This document shows, in pieces, positions 42,801 to 43,085 of a stretch of 43,085 nucleotides of DNA. The notes beneath the pieces were generated by a model, which made no database searches, was not told the DNA's origin, and worked only from the letters and a program-made list of their open reading frames with translations. The first letter of the stretch is position 1. Each line of letters starts with the position of its first letter. The translations under genes and the position numbers were made by a program. This stretch comes from an uncultured Verrucomicrobiae bacterium (lineage in GTDB: Bacteria > Verrucomicrobiota > Verrucomicrobiia > Limisphaerales > JAFGQR01), in the NCBI GenBank assembly GCA_963788655.1, contig CAWBHS010000052.1, positions 1 through 43,085 on the forward strand, in the 5' to 3' direction.

Positions 42801-43085
42801 TCGAACAACAGCGGGGAGAATTGGGCGGCTAGCTTGGTGGATCAAGGCACGCCGGGTAATGCCAATTCGGTGCTCGAAAACGACATTGCGCCCTTGATCC
42901 TGGATGCCGTCCATTTCCCGATTGTCCCGCGTTCAACCAATGCCGTGTCCATCACGGCCCGCATCGTGGACGAGGCGGCGGGCAATTTCCCCGTGACGTT
43001 GTATTACCGCGCTGACGCGGCCCGCCGCCGCCGTTCAGTTCGGTGGCCATGCACGATGACGGCTTGAATGGTGATGCTGCCGCCG
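36870..43085 (+). CDS. Giant secreted protein: beta-helix, four galactose-binding-like/Ig repeat units, two further Ig-like domains, lamin-tail domain; interrupted and 3' partial
   Basis: Signal peptide, four copies of WxYLDxGSDQG...GPAQLGYGDGDEAT...AVEIHQ alternating with Ig domains (KVEFF-NG-LTAVATDD), and VVISEIMYHP-EYIELYN (LTD). In-frame TAG at 40665-40667 and shifts near 40745, 41530, 41715 and 43020. Confidence 0.85.

Overview
GC-rich bacterial chromosomal window. Gene content (N-methyl prepilin-type proteins, lamin-tail/Ig giant protein, sulfatase, ECF/anti-sigma trio, REP-like repeats) suggests Verrucomicrobiota or another PVC lineage; this is inferred. From left to right: the right end of an IS21-family element (broken istB, structured non-coding tail, terminal repeats ending in CA) inserted into an unknown gene; secreted glycan-processing genes (DUF2341/LamG/SGNH esterase, arylsulfatase, beta-helix protein, double FAD oxidoreductase, GH127-like enzyme); an isochorismatase-family hydrolase; a PilV/PilW/PilX-like minor-pilin cluster and a lone prepilin-type gene; a B12-binding radical SAM gene coupled to a RACo/RamA-type ASKHA activator; an MBL-nuclease/ATP-dependent ligase fusion that lacks the OB domain; hisB; an ECF sigma/anti-sigma locus; the mreB-mreC-mreD-mrdA-rodA-Rne/Rng operon; and a giant repetitive secreted protein that runs off the right edge. 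At least eight genes carry frameshifts, including rodA and the Rne/Rng gene, so most of these are probably sequencing or assembly errors and single-base conclusions need caution. No rRNA, tRNA or CRISPR array was seen. I cannot establish a new system from sequence alone. The best leads are the OB-less nuclease-ligase, the radical SAM/corrinoid activator pair, the structured RNA-like IS21 tail, and a MITE-like shell carrying different REP cores.
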